A stretch of 52,092 nt of DNA, the filler included, from an uncultured Pseudomonadota bacterium (GTDB lineage: Bacteria > Babelota > Babeliae > Babelales > JAUPTZ01): NCBI GenBank assembly GCA_964429275.1. It is 6 parts of 6 records of this genome, joined end to end, with 100 filler letters (N's around TTAATTAATTAA, not from the genome) between each part and the next. Parts side by side here need not be neighbours in the genome. Positions count along the whole stretch, not along the records: positions 18,213 to 30,762 come from CAYSBJ010000004.1; positions 30,863 to 38,560 come from CAYSBJ010000005.1; 4 more parts are not named here. The stretch is one strand, 5' to 3'. Under the pieces are notes generated by a model. That model had not been told where the DNA came from and searched no databases. It saw only the letters and a program-made list of their open reading frames with translations. The position numbers were made by a program, and so were the translations under genes. This document shows positions 28,407 through 37,279 of this stretch, piece by piece. Within the stretch, counting starts at the first letter, position 1. The number at the start of each line of letters is the position of its first letter.

Positions 28407-29317
28407 TGCTGCGTGATCTCCGCGTAGCATCGCCAGTTCACCGTGACGCCAGCGGCGCCGGTGACGTTGACCGGGACGTTGGTGCCGCTCGGCGCGCCGA
28501 ACGTGGCCGTCCACGCCGCGTTGCTCTCGTGCGTGACGATCGCCGTGACGCCTCCGTTCGCGGTGACGGTGCCCGCGCTGTTGCGCGCAGACATCGAGAA
28601 CATATACCCGGCCGCGTTGCTGTTATCGGACTGAATTCCCACGCATCGACCGATGACAAAATAGTTGGCCCCCGACGTCGCCATCGAGATGTTGCCGCAA
28701 GCCGTTCCGGTGCCGTTTGTCGTTTGAAGCGTGCACTCGAACGAGGTCGTCACGCCGAGCTGCGAGATCGCAAGATAGGTCGTGTTCTCGCCGGAGTTGT
28801 CCGAGCCCGCGACGGTGACGCCTCCGCCGGGCACGACGTAGACGGCACCGCGCTGCGAGTACGATCCCGCGTCGACGACGCCGACGGTCTGGTAGCCGCC
28901 GGGGATTGCGACCACGGTGGCCGACCCACTGTCGACCGTCGCGCCCGCGTCGACCGTGGTGACCGTGACACCCGAGCCGGTGAAGCGCATAATCGGCGCC
29001 TGCTCGAGGTCGACGGTTTCGTCTTGGATGACGTGCCCGCCGCCGCTGCCGCTCCCCGTGCTCTCGACGACGAGGATGCCGCCGTCGCGGTAGGCGTTGA
29101 GCCCCGTGCGGAAGTCGATCTCGCTGACGCCGCTCGGCTGCCGGACCCCGTTGACGAGCACGCGGAGGATCCCGCGCCCGTACACCCCGGCCGTCTGCGC
29201 GATCGCCTCGCGCGCGTCCCACGCCCACGCGCCGAGCACGAAGAGCAGCGCGCCGACGATGAGCGCTCGCCGCGGGTGCGCCTCGATGCGGTCCCGAAGT
29301 CGCTCGAGCCCCATCAC
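28403..29317 (-). CDS. Gly/Thr-rich beta protein (tail-fibre-like) with N-terminal signal/TM
   Basis: ALIVGALLFVLGAWAW..AIAQ; GGH.IQDE......MRFTG.GVTVT motif seen in fibre proteins. Confidence 0.6.
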   Translation of the reverse strand: MMGLERLRDRIEAHPRRALIVGALLFVLGAWAWDAREAIAQTAGVYGRGILRVLVNGVRQPSGVSEIDFRTGLNAYRDGGILVVESTGSGSGGGHVIQDETVDLEQAPIMRFTGSGVTVTTVDAGATVDSGSATVVAIPGGYQTVGVVDAGSYSQRGAVYVVPGGGVTVAGSDNSGENTTYLAISQLGVTTSFECTLQTTNGTGTACGNISMATSGANYFVIGRCVGIQSDNSNAAGYMFSMSARNSAGTVTANGGVTAIVTHESNAAWTATFGAPSGTNVPVNVTGAAGVTVNWRCYAEITQQ

Positions 29318-29676
29318 GACGTCGCCCTCGTGACGCCGTGCGCGGAGTCTTCACCCTCGCACGCGATGTCGACCGTGCCCGCGAGCCCGGAGCTGTTGAC
29401 GACGTCGATCGAGTAGCCCGCGGCGTAGGGCCCCGTGACGCTTGCCGCGTCCGACGCGTTCGCCGTCAGCGGGCGCGCCTCGGTCAGGGAGACGCGGTCG
29501 CCGTTGAGCAGCCGACAGTAGACCTGCCACGTGCCCGCGCGCGTCGACTTGCAGGAGAAGGCGACGGTCGAGTGACCCGGCGAGCCGTAGTAGGTCGAGC
29601 TCGTGACCGGGTCGGTGTTGGTGTTGAGCGCGAGCGCGGAATCGAGAACGCCAGGGCCGCCGCGGAGCGTAGCCAT
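29314..29676 (-). CDS. Hypothetical beta-rich phage protein
   Basis: GAGGT RBS, coupled to the next gene. Confidence 0.65.
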   Translation of the reverse strand: MATLRGGPGVLDSALALNTNTDPVTSSTYYGSPGHSTVAFSCKSTRAGTWQVYCRLLNGDRVSLTEARPLTANASDAASVTGPYAAGYSIDVVNSSGLAGTVDIACEGEDSAHGVTRATS

Positions 29677-29755
29677 CGAAGCACCTCGTGGGTCGAGGTC
29701 CTCCGCGTGGCGTCGTGGCTCACTGCGAACGGACGGGGGTCAGTCGGTCGAGGCG

Positions 29756-29784
29756 AGCATACCCGGGCCGAGCGTCGTGCGCAA
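29756..29784 (-). promoter_or_regulatory. Putative sigma70 promoter
   Basis: Minus strand TTGCGC-17 bp-TATGCT in the intergenic gap upstream of 29676. Confidence 0.5.
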
Positions 29785-29804
29785 CCGCGAGAGAAAGACG
29801 GATG

Positions 29805-30206
29805 TCAAGAGGGGGACGGAACTGTGCATGCAGTGAGACTCGGACCGCAGGTTCGGACGCAGTCGTTCTTCTCACCCAGACAGAACGCCTCATTCATCCC
29901 GGCGCTCAGGCACTGCCCATAGGTGTCATAACATCCGCTCTGGCAGGCGTAGATCTCCGGCGAGTGGTCGCAGCCTGCGCACGCAGCGCAGTCCGAGGCA
30001 TCGCGATAGCTCTTCGACATGCAGCGCGCCCAGCTCAGGTGGTCGAGCTGCAGCGCGGTGCACGCGGTCATCGAGCTGATGGCGAGGTCGACCTCGCACC
30101 GGCCGTCGTAGGTTGCAGGCTCGGTCGTCGGCGCGTTCGTGCAGATGTTGTCGCTGCACCCGACAAACAGAGCCGCCAACGCCAGAACGCACCATCGAGC
30201 ACTCAT
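29805..30206 (-). CDS. Cys-rich lipoprotein
   Basis: Lipobox LFVG/C at Cys17, 14 further cysteines. Confidence 0.75.
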   Translation of the reverse strand: MSARWCVLALAALFVGCSDNICTNAPTTEPATYDGRCEVDLAISSMTACTALQLDHLSWARCMSKSYRDASDCAACAGCDHSPEIYACQSGCYDTYGQCLSAGMNEAFCLGEKNDCVRTCGPSLTACTVPSPS

Positions 30207-30215
30207 CGCAACGGG

Positions 30216-30244
30216 AGCCTGGTGGCCCGCGGATCGAGCGTCAA
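30216..30244 (-). promoter_or_regulatory. Putative promoter of the lipoprotein gene
   Basis: Minus strand TTGACG-17 bp-CAGGCT, 9 nt before the ATG; no Shine-Dalgarno. Confidence 0.45.
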
Positions 30245-30257
30245 GGTAAACACCAGT

Positions 30258-30563
30258 TCAGCTACGCGCAACCGCTCGGACTTGCTGCCTGATCCCGTGG
30301 ACGCTGCTCGCCGAATACGACGCTTCGAGCACGCAGCCGTGTTCGGCGAGGATGCGATCAATGTCCTGCGTCACAGCCGGCGTCACCGCTCCGACGAGCT
30401 GCGAGCGGACCCGGAGACCCGTGGCGCCGAGTTCGATGAACGCAACGAGCGCGCACCCGTGTCCCGCGAGCATCGACTCGAGCGCGGCCTGACACGCCTC
30501 CGCGCGCGCGGCGCGACGAGTGGCGAGGTCGGCGAGCATCTGCGCCTCCGTCTCGTCCATCAT
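30258..30563 (-). CDS. Hypothetical protein following the tail fibre, with internal duplication
   Basis: Coupled to the upstream stop; LAGHGCALVA / LAEHGCVLEA duplicated motif. Confidence 0.65.
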   Translation of the reverse strand: MMDETEAQMLADLATRRAARAEACQAALESMLAGHGCALVAFIELGATGLRVRSQLVGAVTPAVTQDIDRILAEHGCVLEASYSASSVHGIRQQVRAVARS

Positions 30564-30762
30564 CAGGCCCCGAGCCCGAGGTTGCGCACCGCGGTCGCGA
30601 GCTGCGCGACCGACCGCGCGAGCTGGTAGAGGTTGTTTCGGATCGCCGCCGCGTCGTTCGCGTAGGTCACGAGGTCGGTGTAGTTCGCGATCGTGCCGGT
30701 CGTCCCGCCCGAGGTGACGTTATTCGTGACCGCGCCGACCGTCTGCTGCGCGACCGGGGTCG
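30563..30762 (-). CDS. Tail-fibre-like protein C-terminus (5'-truncated)
   Basis: Manual translation TPVAQQTVGAVTNNVTSGGTTGTIANYTDLVTYANDAAAIRNNLYQLAR...LGLGA*. Confidence 0.55.
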
Positions 30763-30862
30763 NNNNNNNNNNNNNNNNNNNNNNNNNNNNNNNNNNNNNN
30801 NNNNNNTTAATTAATTAANNNNNNNNNNNNNNNNNNNNNNNNNNNNNNNNNNNNNNNNNNNN
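30763..30862. other. Artificial contig linker
   Basis: N-run + TTAATTAATTAA + N-run. Confidence 0.98.
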
Positions 30863-30912
30863 GGCGTCATTCGGCAGCCGCAAATCGGGCAACGCTTAAT
30901 TGTCATTGAGCA

Positions 30913-31311
30913 TCACCTCCTCCCGCCAGCGGCTTCGAGTGCGGCGCGGGCTAGGTCGCGGGTGTCTGGGAATGCTGAGCGATTGGTTTCCATCTCGCGA
31001 AGGATCGCCTTCGCCGCCCGCTCCACGTCCTCATCCGTGATAGGCCTGACGGGGAGAGTAGAAGCGTAGAGGGCGACCCAACGCTTGCGCCTCGGTCCCA
31101 TAAACTCCTCCTTGGCGATCTCCGTTTGCACCCGTCCGTCTCGTTGGAGAGTTTCCCATGATTGCGGGCCTATCCACGCCACCGTCTTCTGCTCGCCAAG
31201 GGCTGAGAGATAGGCGGCGAGCCGGGCGCACATGATGTCAAAGACCTCTTGCGCTGTGCGGTTTTTGATGCCGATTATCGGCCGCGTCAGGTCATTCGTC
31301 ATCGTCTTCAT
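30913..31311 (-). CDS. Hypothetical phage protein
   Basis: RPIIGIKNRTAQEVFDIMC motif and ARAALEAA tail typical of alphaproteobacterial phage early genes. Confidence 0.65.
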   Translation of the reverse strand: MKTMTNDLTRPIIGIKNRTAQEVFDIMCARLAAYLSALGEQKTVAWIGPQSWETLQRDGRVQTEIAKEEFMGPRRKRWVALYASTLPVRPITDEDVERAAKAILREMETNRSAFPDTRDLARAALEAAGGRR

Positions 31312-31501
31312 CCTCACTTTCTTCGACGCAGCGGGTATGGACAAGACGGAGCAAGTCTTGCTCTCCGGGGCCACAATCGACGGTTTGCAGGGTGATGCCC
31401 TCGCCAGCCCACATCGGCTGGTCACAGCACGGGCAAAGCGGGCAATCTTCCGGCGACACGCCGTAGACGCCATGGTCGATGCACTGGATCAAATTACGCA
31501 T
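31292..31501 (-). CDS. Small Cys-rich protein
   Basis: CPLCPCCDQP...H..C; overlap-coupled with neighbours. Confidence 0.55.
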   Translation of the reverse strand: MRNLIQCIDHGVYGVSPEDCPLCPCCDQPMWAGEGITLQTVDCGPGEQDLLRLVHTRCVEESEDEDDDE

Positions 31502-31907
31502 CGCTCGTCTCCCTGGTAGAGGCAAGAGCGGCGTCTATGCGGTCTCGCACTTGCCGAGACCACGGGCGATCGGGTTGATTATGTCCGGTAACGGCGTCAA
31601 CGACGTCGCGCGCCTCTATCAGCGCCTTCCGCAGCGCTGCTGCTTCGGCTTCGGCGGACTGAAGTTCCAAGGCTCGCTTGTGGAGCGATTGAACTTCGCC
31701 GCAAAGAGTTTCGCCAGGCACCGCCCATAGTAGGCTGACTGCTTTGACTTCGAGGGCATCCCGCTCCGCCGTCAGTTCCTCTACCTGCTTCTTGAGGGCA
31801 TCGAGATAATCAACAGCATGCCGCAAAAGCTTCTTCGGCATTTCGACATGATCGGCCCACATAGGATCATCACAGGCGAGTCGCAGTGTTTCGATAAGGT
31901 CAGACAT
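31494..31907 (-). CDS. Hypothetical coiled-coil phage protein
   Basis: GGAGG RBS, coupled overlap, IDAALA tail. Confidence 0.65.
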   Translation of the reverse strand: MSDLIETLRLACDDPMWADHVEMPKKLLRHAVDYLDALKKQVEELTAERDALEVKAVSLLWAVPGETLCGEVQSLHKRALELQSAEAEAAALRKALIEARDVVDAVTGHNQPDRPWSRQVRDRIDAALASTRETSDA

Positions 31908-32262
31908 CTCGCCCCTCCAGCTTGTCAAGGAAGGAACGGGCGGCTCGGGCTATGTGGCCGTCGTTGGAGTAATCCTCCACCCATTTCGCGAACTTCGATG
32001 CTTCCTTCTTGAGCGCTGCCGCGTCTCGCAACTCAGCCACCAACCCCGCCAGATCATCCGGCAGTTTCGGTGCGGCCGCGTCACGTTCTGCCTGTAGGGC
32101 GGCTATGACGGATCGAGCATACTCAAGTTCGGAAGCCGCTGTGTCACCGATATTGTCCCGACAGAGGGTTTTGAGCAGCCCAGCGCAACTAATCAGCGCG
32201 TCATCTATTCGCGTCCAATCAATCGCCTGTGCCTTTGCCAATGCTTCGGGGGAGATGGTCAT
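31900..32262 (-). CDS. Hypothetical phage protein
   Basis: ATGA coupling within the minus-strand operon. Confidence 0.65.
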   Translation of the reverse strand: MTISPEALAKAQAIDWTRIDDALISCAGLLKTLCRDNIGDTAASELEYARSVIAALQAERDAAAPKLPDDLAGLVAELRDAAALKKEASKFAKWVEDYSNDGHIARAARSFLDKLEGRDV

Positions 32263-32909
32263 GATGCCTCCGCGAGATATTGCTTCGCCGCTTCAAGTTC
32301 GGCTTCGTACCTTGGGCGGTCGATGACAACGATGTGCTTGTAGTCGATGAAGTAGCTGGTGACGCTTTGCTTTGCGCTCCACTTCTCCCAGAACTCATCA
32401 AGTCCTCGCCAATCGATCAAATCGCCCGCATCGGCATGGTGATTGTCGTTGAGGTAATAGCGGATCGCGTCCTCTATGTCGAAATCGAAAGTATCTTCCG
32501 TGGTGCAGAAAGCCCATGACGGCAGTTTTGACGGTATTTCTTCGTTCGGTACGCCAGCCCACGAAAGGCGATCTCCGTGGCGTTCCAGCAACTCCTCGAC
32601 ACTGCTGAAATAATCGTCTTCATTGCCGTTGGTCGTAACCCAACCAGCCCAACCTTCCACGACTTCGGCTTTGACCAGGCGGCCCGCCTCCATGCGCTTG
32701 CGGATCGCTTCGCGATATTCGTCCGTCTTCATATAGGCGGCCTTCTCCGCCCATTCCTTATCGAGATAGACGGCGCTACCGTCCGGCAATGCCCAACAAT
32801 TGGGAACGCCGTCCGCGCAGTATTTGATCGCAAGCGGGATCGGCCCGCCTCCGTGCGTCTCCGGCACCTTGATGTGGAGCACATTCAGGTTCACGTCGAT
32901 CTCGGTCAT
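32259..32909 (-). CDS. Hypothetical phage protein
   Basis: 216-aa acidic ORF, GGAG RBS. Confidence 0.75.
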   Translation of the reverse strand: MTEIDVNLNVLHIKVPETHGGGPIPLAIKYCADGVPNCWALPDGSAVYLDKEWAEKAAYMKTDEYREAIRKRMEAGRLVKAEVVEGWAGWVTTNGNEDDYFSSVEELLERHGDRLSWAGVPNEEIPSKLPSWAFCTTEDTFDFDIEDAIRYYLNDNHHADAGDLIDWRGLDEFWEKWSAKQSVTSYFIDYKHIVVIDRPRYEAELEAAKQYLAEAS

Positions 32910-33167
32910 CTACCGCTCCTCCGCCAGCTTGGCGCGGCCTGCGCGAAGCTGCGAGTGCAGCTTGCCGGCCTCTTCTCTCCAGTGGCGGCAATTCGTCTCT
33001 GCTTTTGCCTGCAAATCGCGGGCGTGCCGAATTTCATCAGCCGCGATCCGGCACCACATCTTGAAGTGCGCAGCATCGACTGGATCGTTGCTCTCCGATT
33101 TTGCCATTGCATCAAAGCGGACGAATGGTTCACCATAGAAGCGGTCGGCTTCCGTCAGCCTACGCAT
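32910..33167 (-). CDS. Hypothetical phage protein
   Basis: AGGAGG RBS before MRRLTEADRF. Confidence 0.65.
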   Translation of the reverse strand: MRRLTEADRFYGEPFVRFDAMAKSESNDPVDAAHFKMWCRIAADEIRHARDLQAKAETNCRHWREEAGKLHSQLRAGRAKLAEER

Positions 33168-33471
33168 CGCTACCTCCTGCGAGGGTGAAGCCGGTGAGTG
33201 GGCGGTAGTAATAGTAGCGGTAGGTGCAGTCGAAGCCGTCCGTTGAACTACCAACGCATTTACCTACGCGGAAAGCATTCGTGTCTATCGGGTTGCTGCC
33301 TCCATCTCGCGCTTTCACACAAAGGTCGCCAATCTGCGCGTTGCCGCACTCTTCCTCGAATCCAACCTCGTCAACGATCCACCATCCGCGATGGCGGCAG
33401 CCAACGGTCGCGGGATCAAAGCCGAATGCCTCGATTGCTTCTTCTCTGGTCGTGATCAGCTTCTCAGCCAT
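33160..33471 (-). CDS. Hypothetical phage protein
   Basis: GGAGG RBS before MAEKLITT. Confidence 0.65.
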   Translation of the reverse strand: MAEKLITTREEAIEAFGFDPATVGCRHRGWWIVDEVGFEEECGNAQIGDLCVKARDGGSNPIDTNAFRVGKCVGSSTDGFDCTYRYYYYRPLTGFTLAGGSDA

Positions 33472-33472
33472 A

Positions 33473-33802
33473 TCACGCCCCTCCGTCCTGATTGAGCGCG
33501 GCGCGGCCGGTAGCCTTGGCGATGGCGGCGTCCATACGTGCCAGCGCCGCGCTCCAAGGGTCGCCGTCCTCGCCGTCAATTACCTCGACATGCTCCAGCA
33601 TTGACCGTGCGTCCTTCACGGCAGCCAATAGGTCCGGTGCGGCGGCGAAAAGCGCAGCGTCAGATTCCTTGTTGTCACCGATCACGTCAGCGACCGGAAC
33701 AACCATGCCGTGAGTCTGGTCTTCTGCGTCGCTTCGCGGCCCCACCTCAAACTTTCGCGTGACGAAGAAAGGCCCCGGCGTGTGTGTCAGCTTATTCGCC
33801 AT
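33473..33802 (-). CDS. HTPGP-type phage early protein
   Basis: HTPGP...A.L.AAAPDLL.A...AAIAKATG, a common phage small-protein pattern. Confidence 0.75.
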   Translation of the reverse strand: MANKLTHTPGPFFVTRKFEVGPRSDAEDQTHGMVVPVADVIGDNKESDAALFAAAPDLLAAVKDARSMLEHVEVIDGEDGDPWSAALARMDAAIAKATGRAALNQDGGA

Positions 33803-34433
33803 GCTCGCCTCCATCAGAGACGGGGGCGGAGGGGAGGGGCGGAAGCACGCGCCAGTGCGTCACGGGAAATGTATAGAAATAGCCGCCCAAATCGGTTTCG
33901 CCGGTAGCCCAACCAGGAGCGCCATCGACGGTCCATTCGTGCTGCCAGTAAACGACGATGGCAGCCCGATCATGCGCGCCGAGAACATTGGTCCCGTCCT
34001 TCGGAGCCGTTTCAATCGGCCTCCACCCGGTCCCGCTACTGGATGGTAGGGGCGAGGCGGCGAGCCGTTGTGCGGCGACCTCATCCCCGCCCGCCTCTGC
34101 GGCCGGTGTGGGGTCGGATGATGCGAGGGCGGAGTCGAGAAGGCGAGCTTGCTCTATGACCGCCTGCCGCTGCCTGTCGTCATCCTCAGCCAGATCGTTT
34201 ATCGTGAAGCGAGCAGCAAAGTCCTTCGCCACATTTGAAAGCCTTTGCGCCCTCTTCCGCACATCTACCGGCGCTTGCGCTGTGCGAGATAGGGCGGCGA
34301 CGTACTCCGTGCCTTCCGGGAAAGGCTTGCTATCCCATTTGCGGATGTTGCCGTTGTCAGAGAACCATATCCAGATGTGCTCCACCACCTGCCGGGAGCC
34401 GATCTGCGGGGCGCGGGGAAGGGAGGGGGTCAT
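33792..34433 (-). CDS. Mosaic protein with C-terminal DUF551-like domain
   Basis: WRPIETAPKDGT...VTHW..LP. Confidence 0.75.
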   Translation of the reverse strand: MTPSLPRAPQIGSRQVVEHIWIWFSDNGNIRKWDSKPFPEGTEYVAALSRTAQAPVDVRKRAQRLSNVAKDFAARFTINDLAEDDDRQRQAVIEQARLLDSALASSDPTPAAEAGGDEVAAQRLAASPLPSSSGTGWRPIETAPKDGTNVLGAHDRAAIVVYWQHEWTVDGAPGWATGETDLGGYFYTFPVTHWRVLPPLPSAPVSDGGEHGE

Positions 34434-34840
34434 TGACGGGCCTCGTATATAGGGCGCGGATCAAGCCTGGGCTTCGGAGCCCGCTGCTTCTTCTCGGCGC
34501 GTGATTTCGTGACGGGGAACGGCTGGCCCTGCATCTTCGGGCCGTCCGGGACGATGCGAAGGTGCGCCTGCCTCTTGGCCGCGATGGCTGCCTTTTCGGC
34601 AACGTCAGCAGCAGTCTTTTCGGCGTGGCAGGCGATATGAACCGGCTTGAGGTTCGACTGCCGGTTCTCGCCGCCGTTCACGAGGGCCTTGACGTGATCT
34701 AGCGCCCAACGCTTTCCGACGATCACATTATCGCAGATATGGCACTTGCCGCCACAGTCATCGAAAATGCGAGCTCTAACCCTAGCTGGGATCTTAGTAT
34801 TCGGAGAGGTCCCAACCCATTCTGGTAGCGGCCTAGCCAT
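34430..34840 (-). CDS. HNH endonuclease
   Basis: CHIC, DHVKALVNGGENRQSNL...CH..KT..D. Confidence 0.85.
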   Translation of the reverse strand: MARPLPEWVGTSPNTKIPARVRARIFDDCGGKCHICDNVIVGKRWALDHVKALVNGGENRQSNLKPVHIACHAEKTAADVAEKAAIAAKRQAHLRIVPDGPKMQGQPFPVTKSRAEKKQRAPKPRLDPRPIYEARQ

Positions 34841-35468
34841 CGACATGACCCCAAAGTTGACCGCGATGTATGCGGCTCACGATCATTTGGCTGACGCCGA
34901 ATTTCTTTGCGATTTGTCGCTGAGACATCACTCCAATCAGGCTACGAATCTTTCGCACATCGTCATCCGTGAGTTTTGCCCGCGGGTTCTCCGTCCCGAC
35001 AAGCATGGTTCCGTGCTTGTGCCTGTCGCGCTGATTCTCGGAGCGTGTCGCCCAACGAAGATGTTTGGGATTGACGCATCCGAGGTGGCCATTGCCACAC
35101 GAGTGGGCGGCATCATGATTGGCGGATGGACGAGGCCCATTTAGCGTGGTGCAGACATAAACGTGGGCGGCGACCGCCTTCCGGTCTACGTGAAATACAC
35201 CGTAGCCCTTGCCGTTGTTCCCAAACTTCCAAGCTAAGCAATTGTCTCCCTGGTAGGACAGAACTATATCGGCCATGAAGTTGGCAGCAGCATGCTTATC
35301 AGTCTGGCCGCCGAGCGGGTTTCCATGCCGGCGAAACCGGTGCGCGTGCTTAACGCAGTATCCATGGGAGTCGTGTTTGCGACCGCACCCATCGACAGAG
35401 CACTCTCTGCGTGGAGGCGCACGCTCGTCGTCGGTCTTGCCGATCCATTCTTCGACGGAGCGGGCCAT
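34833..35468 (-). CDS. HNH/His-Cys-box homing endonuclease with C-terminal HTH
   Basis: CSVDGC...GYC..H zinc finger, GYG, AH..VC, AAHSCGNG..GCVNPKHLRWAT..EN..D, AKLT...V..IR, IAKKFGVSQ. Confidence 0.88.
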   Translation of the reverse strand: MARSVEEWIGKTDDERAPPRRECSVDGCGRKHDSHGYCVKHAHRFRRHGNPLGGQTDKHAAANFMADIVLSYQGDNCLAWKFGNNGKGYGVFHVDRKAVAAHVYVCTTLNGPRPSANHDAAHSCGNGHLGCVNPKHLRWATRSENQRDRHKHGTMLVGTENPRAKLTDDDVRKIRSLIGVMSQRQIAKKFGVSQMIVSRIHRGQLWGHVDG

Positions 35469-35872
35469 TATGCAGCCCTCGCGAGCGAAAATGGAAGGCG
35501 CGAGGAGAGCACCCACATGTGGTACATGTCGGCTTCGTCCACGAGCTCCGAAGCCGGTGGCATCACCGAAACAGCGGTGCTTTCCGCTCCGCAAATTTCA
35601 TTCTTGATCCGCTGCATGTCACGCCACGGTGGCTCAAGCTGCGATATGGTCCGAATCGCAAGGTGAATGACCTCGTCGCCGTTGGCGTCAGCAAAAGGCC
35701 GGATTAGGACTGCATAGAGGTTGTTGGCCCATGCCTCTCGTATTTCACGGCACCAGCCGTGTCCGCCGGGCAGCCCGCTTGGCAACGGCGTTTTACGCCA
35801 TTCGCCCCAGCTGCCTTTCAAGCCACGACGTTCCATGGCCTTTGAAATCCGATAGTCGCGACGGTTCGCCAC
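35468..35872 (-). CDS. DUF7694-like phage protein
   Basis: HLAIR...PPWRDMQRIKNEICG...AV.V.P...LVDEADMYHMW. Confidence 0.7.
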   Translation of the reverse strand: MANRRDYRISKAMERRGLKGSWGEWRKTPLPSGLPGGHGWCREIREAWANNLYAVLIRPFADANGDEVIHLAIRTISQLEPPWRDMQRIKNEICGAESTAVSVMPPASELVDEADMYHMWVLSSRLPFSLARAA

Positions 35873-35873
35873 G

Positions 35874-36086
35874 CTAACCCTCCACCGTGCGGTTGCCGTT
35901 GGCGAGCGCGTCGCATATCGCCTGCTTGCGAGCCTTGATGATGCGAGCCGCGCCGCGCTTATGCGAGCGGCGGTACGCTGCCTGCTGCCGGTCCAGCTCT
36001 GCCAAGACAGGGATTGCTCGATGGAGACGCTTGCGGTTTCGCCACGCGATCCATCCATTGATGGCTTTGCGGATAAGGCGCTTCAT
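35874..36086 (-). CDS. Small basic phage protein
   Basis: ATGA-coupled to NinB; MKRLIRKAINGWIAW. Confidence 0.6.
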   Translation of the reverse strand: MKRLIRKAINGWIAWRNRKRLHRAIPVLAELDRQQAAYRRSHKRGAARIIKARKQAICDALANGNRTVEG

Positions 36087-36553
36087 GCTGCACCTTTGAG
36101 AGAATGGGGACCGGCGGCAGCCGGGGCTTCGGGGGAGGGGGAATGACTGCCGCCGGGTTCGCTCACCACGAGCGAAGGAGGTTCGGACCACTGCACGTCG
36201 TGGCGTGATCCGTATTCGTAGATGCATTCGATCAGATCGATCATCTGCCGAACCGTGAGCCGGGATGACCGGAAGCCGAGAGGGAACGGGCCAGCGCCGT
36301 CGAGGCCTTCGCAGAACTGCACCTGATGGCCGAGGGCGTGCATGAACGCTGCCTTCCACGTCTCAGGCGTCCACTTTCTGCCTTCCGGCTTGGCACGGGA
36401 CACATCGGACAGCATCGCCCACATCTTGGCGTTCTGGTCGTTTGTGCGGGTTGCCTCACGGATCGTCACGACGGCATCGGTCGGCGCGCGGTCGATCAAC
36501 TGCTTGGCGAACGATCGCTGAGAAGGCCCGCGAAGGATGACGGTCTGGCCCAT
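36083..36553 (-). CDS. ninB: NinB/Orf-family recombination protein
   Basis: RT.DQNAKMWAML.DVS, W...WK..F, SS.L...M.DLIE.I..YG. Confidence 0.85.
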   Translation of the reverse strand: MGQTVILRGPSQRSFAKQLIDRAPTDAVVTIREATRTNDQNAKMWAMLSDVSRAKPEGRKWTPETWKAAFMHALGHQVQFCEGLDGAGPFPLGFRSSRLTVRQMIDLIECIYEYGSRHDVQWSEPPSLVVSEPGGSHSPSPEAPAAAGPHSLKGAA

Positions 36554-36556
36554 CGC

Positions 36557-37279
36557 TCACCCCGCCATTCTCAGCTTGGTGAGCGGATTGTCGGCATAGT
36601 TCGGGTCGCCGGGGAAATCGCTGGACGCATTGAGCGAGTTGCCGTGTTCGGCCGCTTCCTGCTTCAACTTTGCATCCCAGTCTGCCGGCAACTGAGCCCG
36701 CAGCGCTTTGACGTCCGGGTCGGCTATCCAACGGCGGAGATCGTCCTTCGACGTCTGCTGGCGCATGTCCTCGACAAGCTTGGTGTAGATCGGCCTCGCG
36801 TCTTTTTTGGACGCCGCCTGCCGGTGTTCCTCGTCCCTGAGGTCGGCCACATATTTGCTGTCGTCATAGCGACCCATGAAGATGTCGCCAGCGAAGCCGA
36901 TCATCGACAGTGCCTTGACCAGAGCGTCGGTGACAGATTTCTTGGGAGCGTCCTCGTCGGTGAATGGGTTGCCGTTCTTGCGCGTCCCGGAAAACGAGGT
37001 GCCGCCGATGTGCTCGACCTCGCCGCGCTTGCCGTTCCATTCGTACCAGACCTTGACGCGGGCGATGCTCATACGCTCGCCGCCAGCGCCTTCCTCGATC
37101 CGTTCGTCTTCGATGGTGAAGCCCCATCCGATGCCGCAGGGACCGAACGTCTCCGTTGCCTTCTGGACAAGGTAGTACGGCTTGGGAGACGTACCGGAAT
37201 ACGACTTGCCGGTAATGGGCTTCGTTTGGGCCGGGGGCGTTTGCTCAACCGAGCTCCATAGATCAAGGTTGCCGCTCAT
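36557..37279 (-). CDS. Rad52/Sak-like single-strand annealing protein
   Basis: ATETFGPCGIGWG, DEDAPKKSVTDAL.KALS.IGFAGDIF.G; sits between an exonuclease and NinB. Confidence 0.7.
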   Translation of the reverse strand: MSGNLDLWSSVEQTPPAQTKPITGKSYSGTSPKPYYLVQKATETFGPCGIGWGFTIEDERIEEGAGGERMSIARVKVWYEWNGKRGEVEHIGGTSFSGTRKNGNPFTDEDAPKKSVTDALVKALSMIGFAGDIFMGRYDDSKYVADLRDEEHRQAASKKDARPIYTKLVEDMRQQTSKDDLRRWIADPDVKALRAQLPADWDAKLKQEAAEHGNSLNASSDFPGDPNYADNPLTKLRMAG

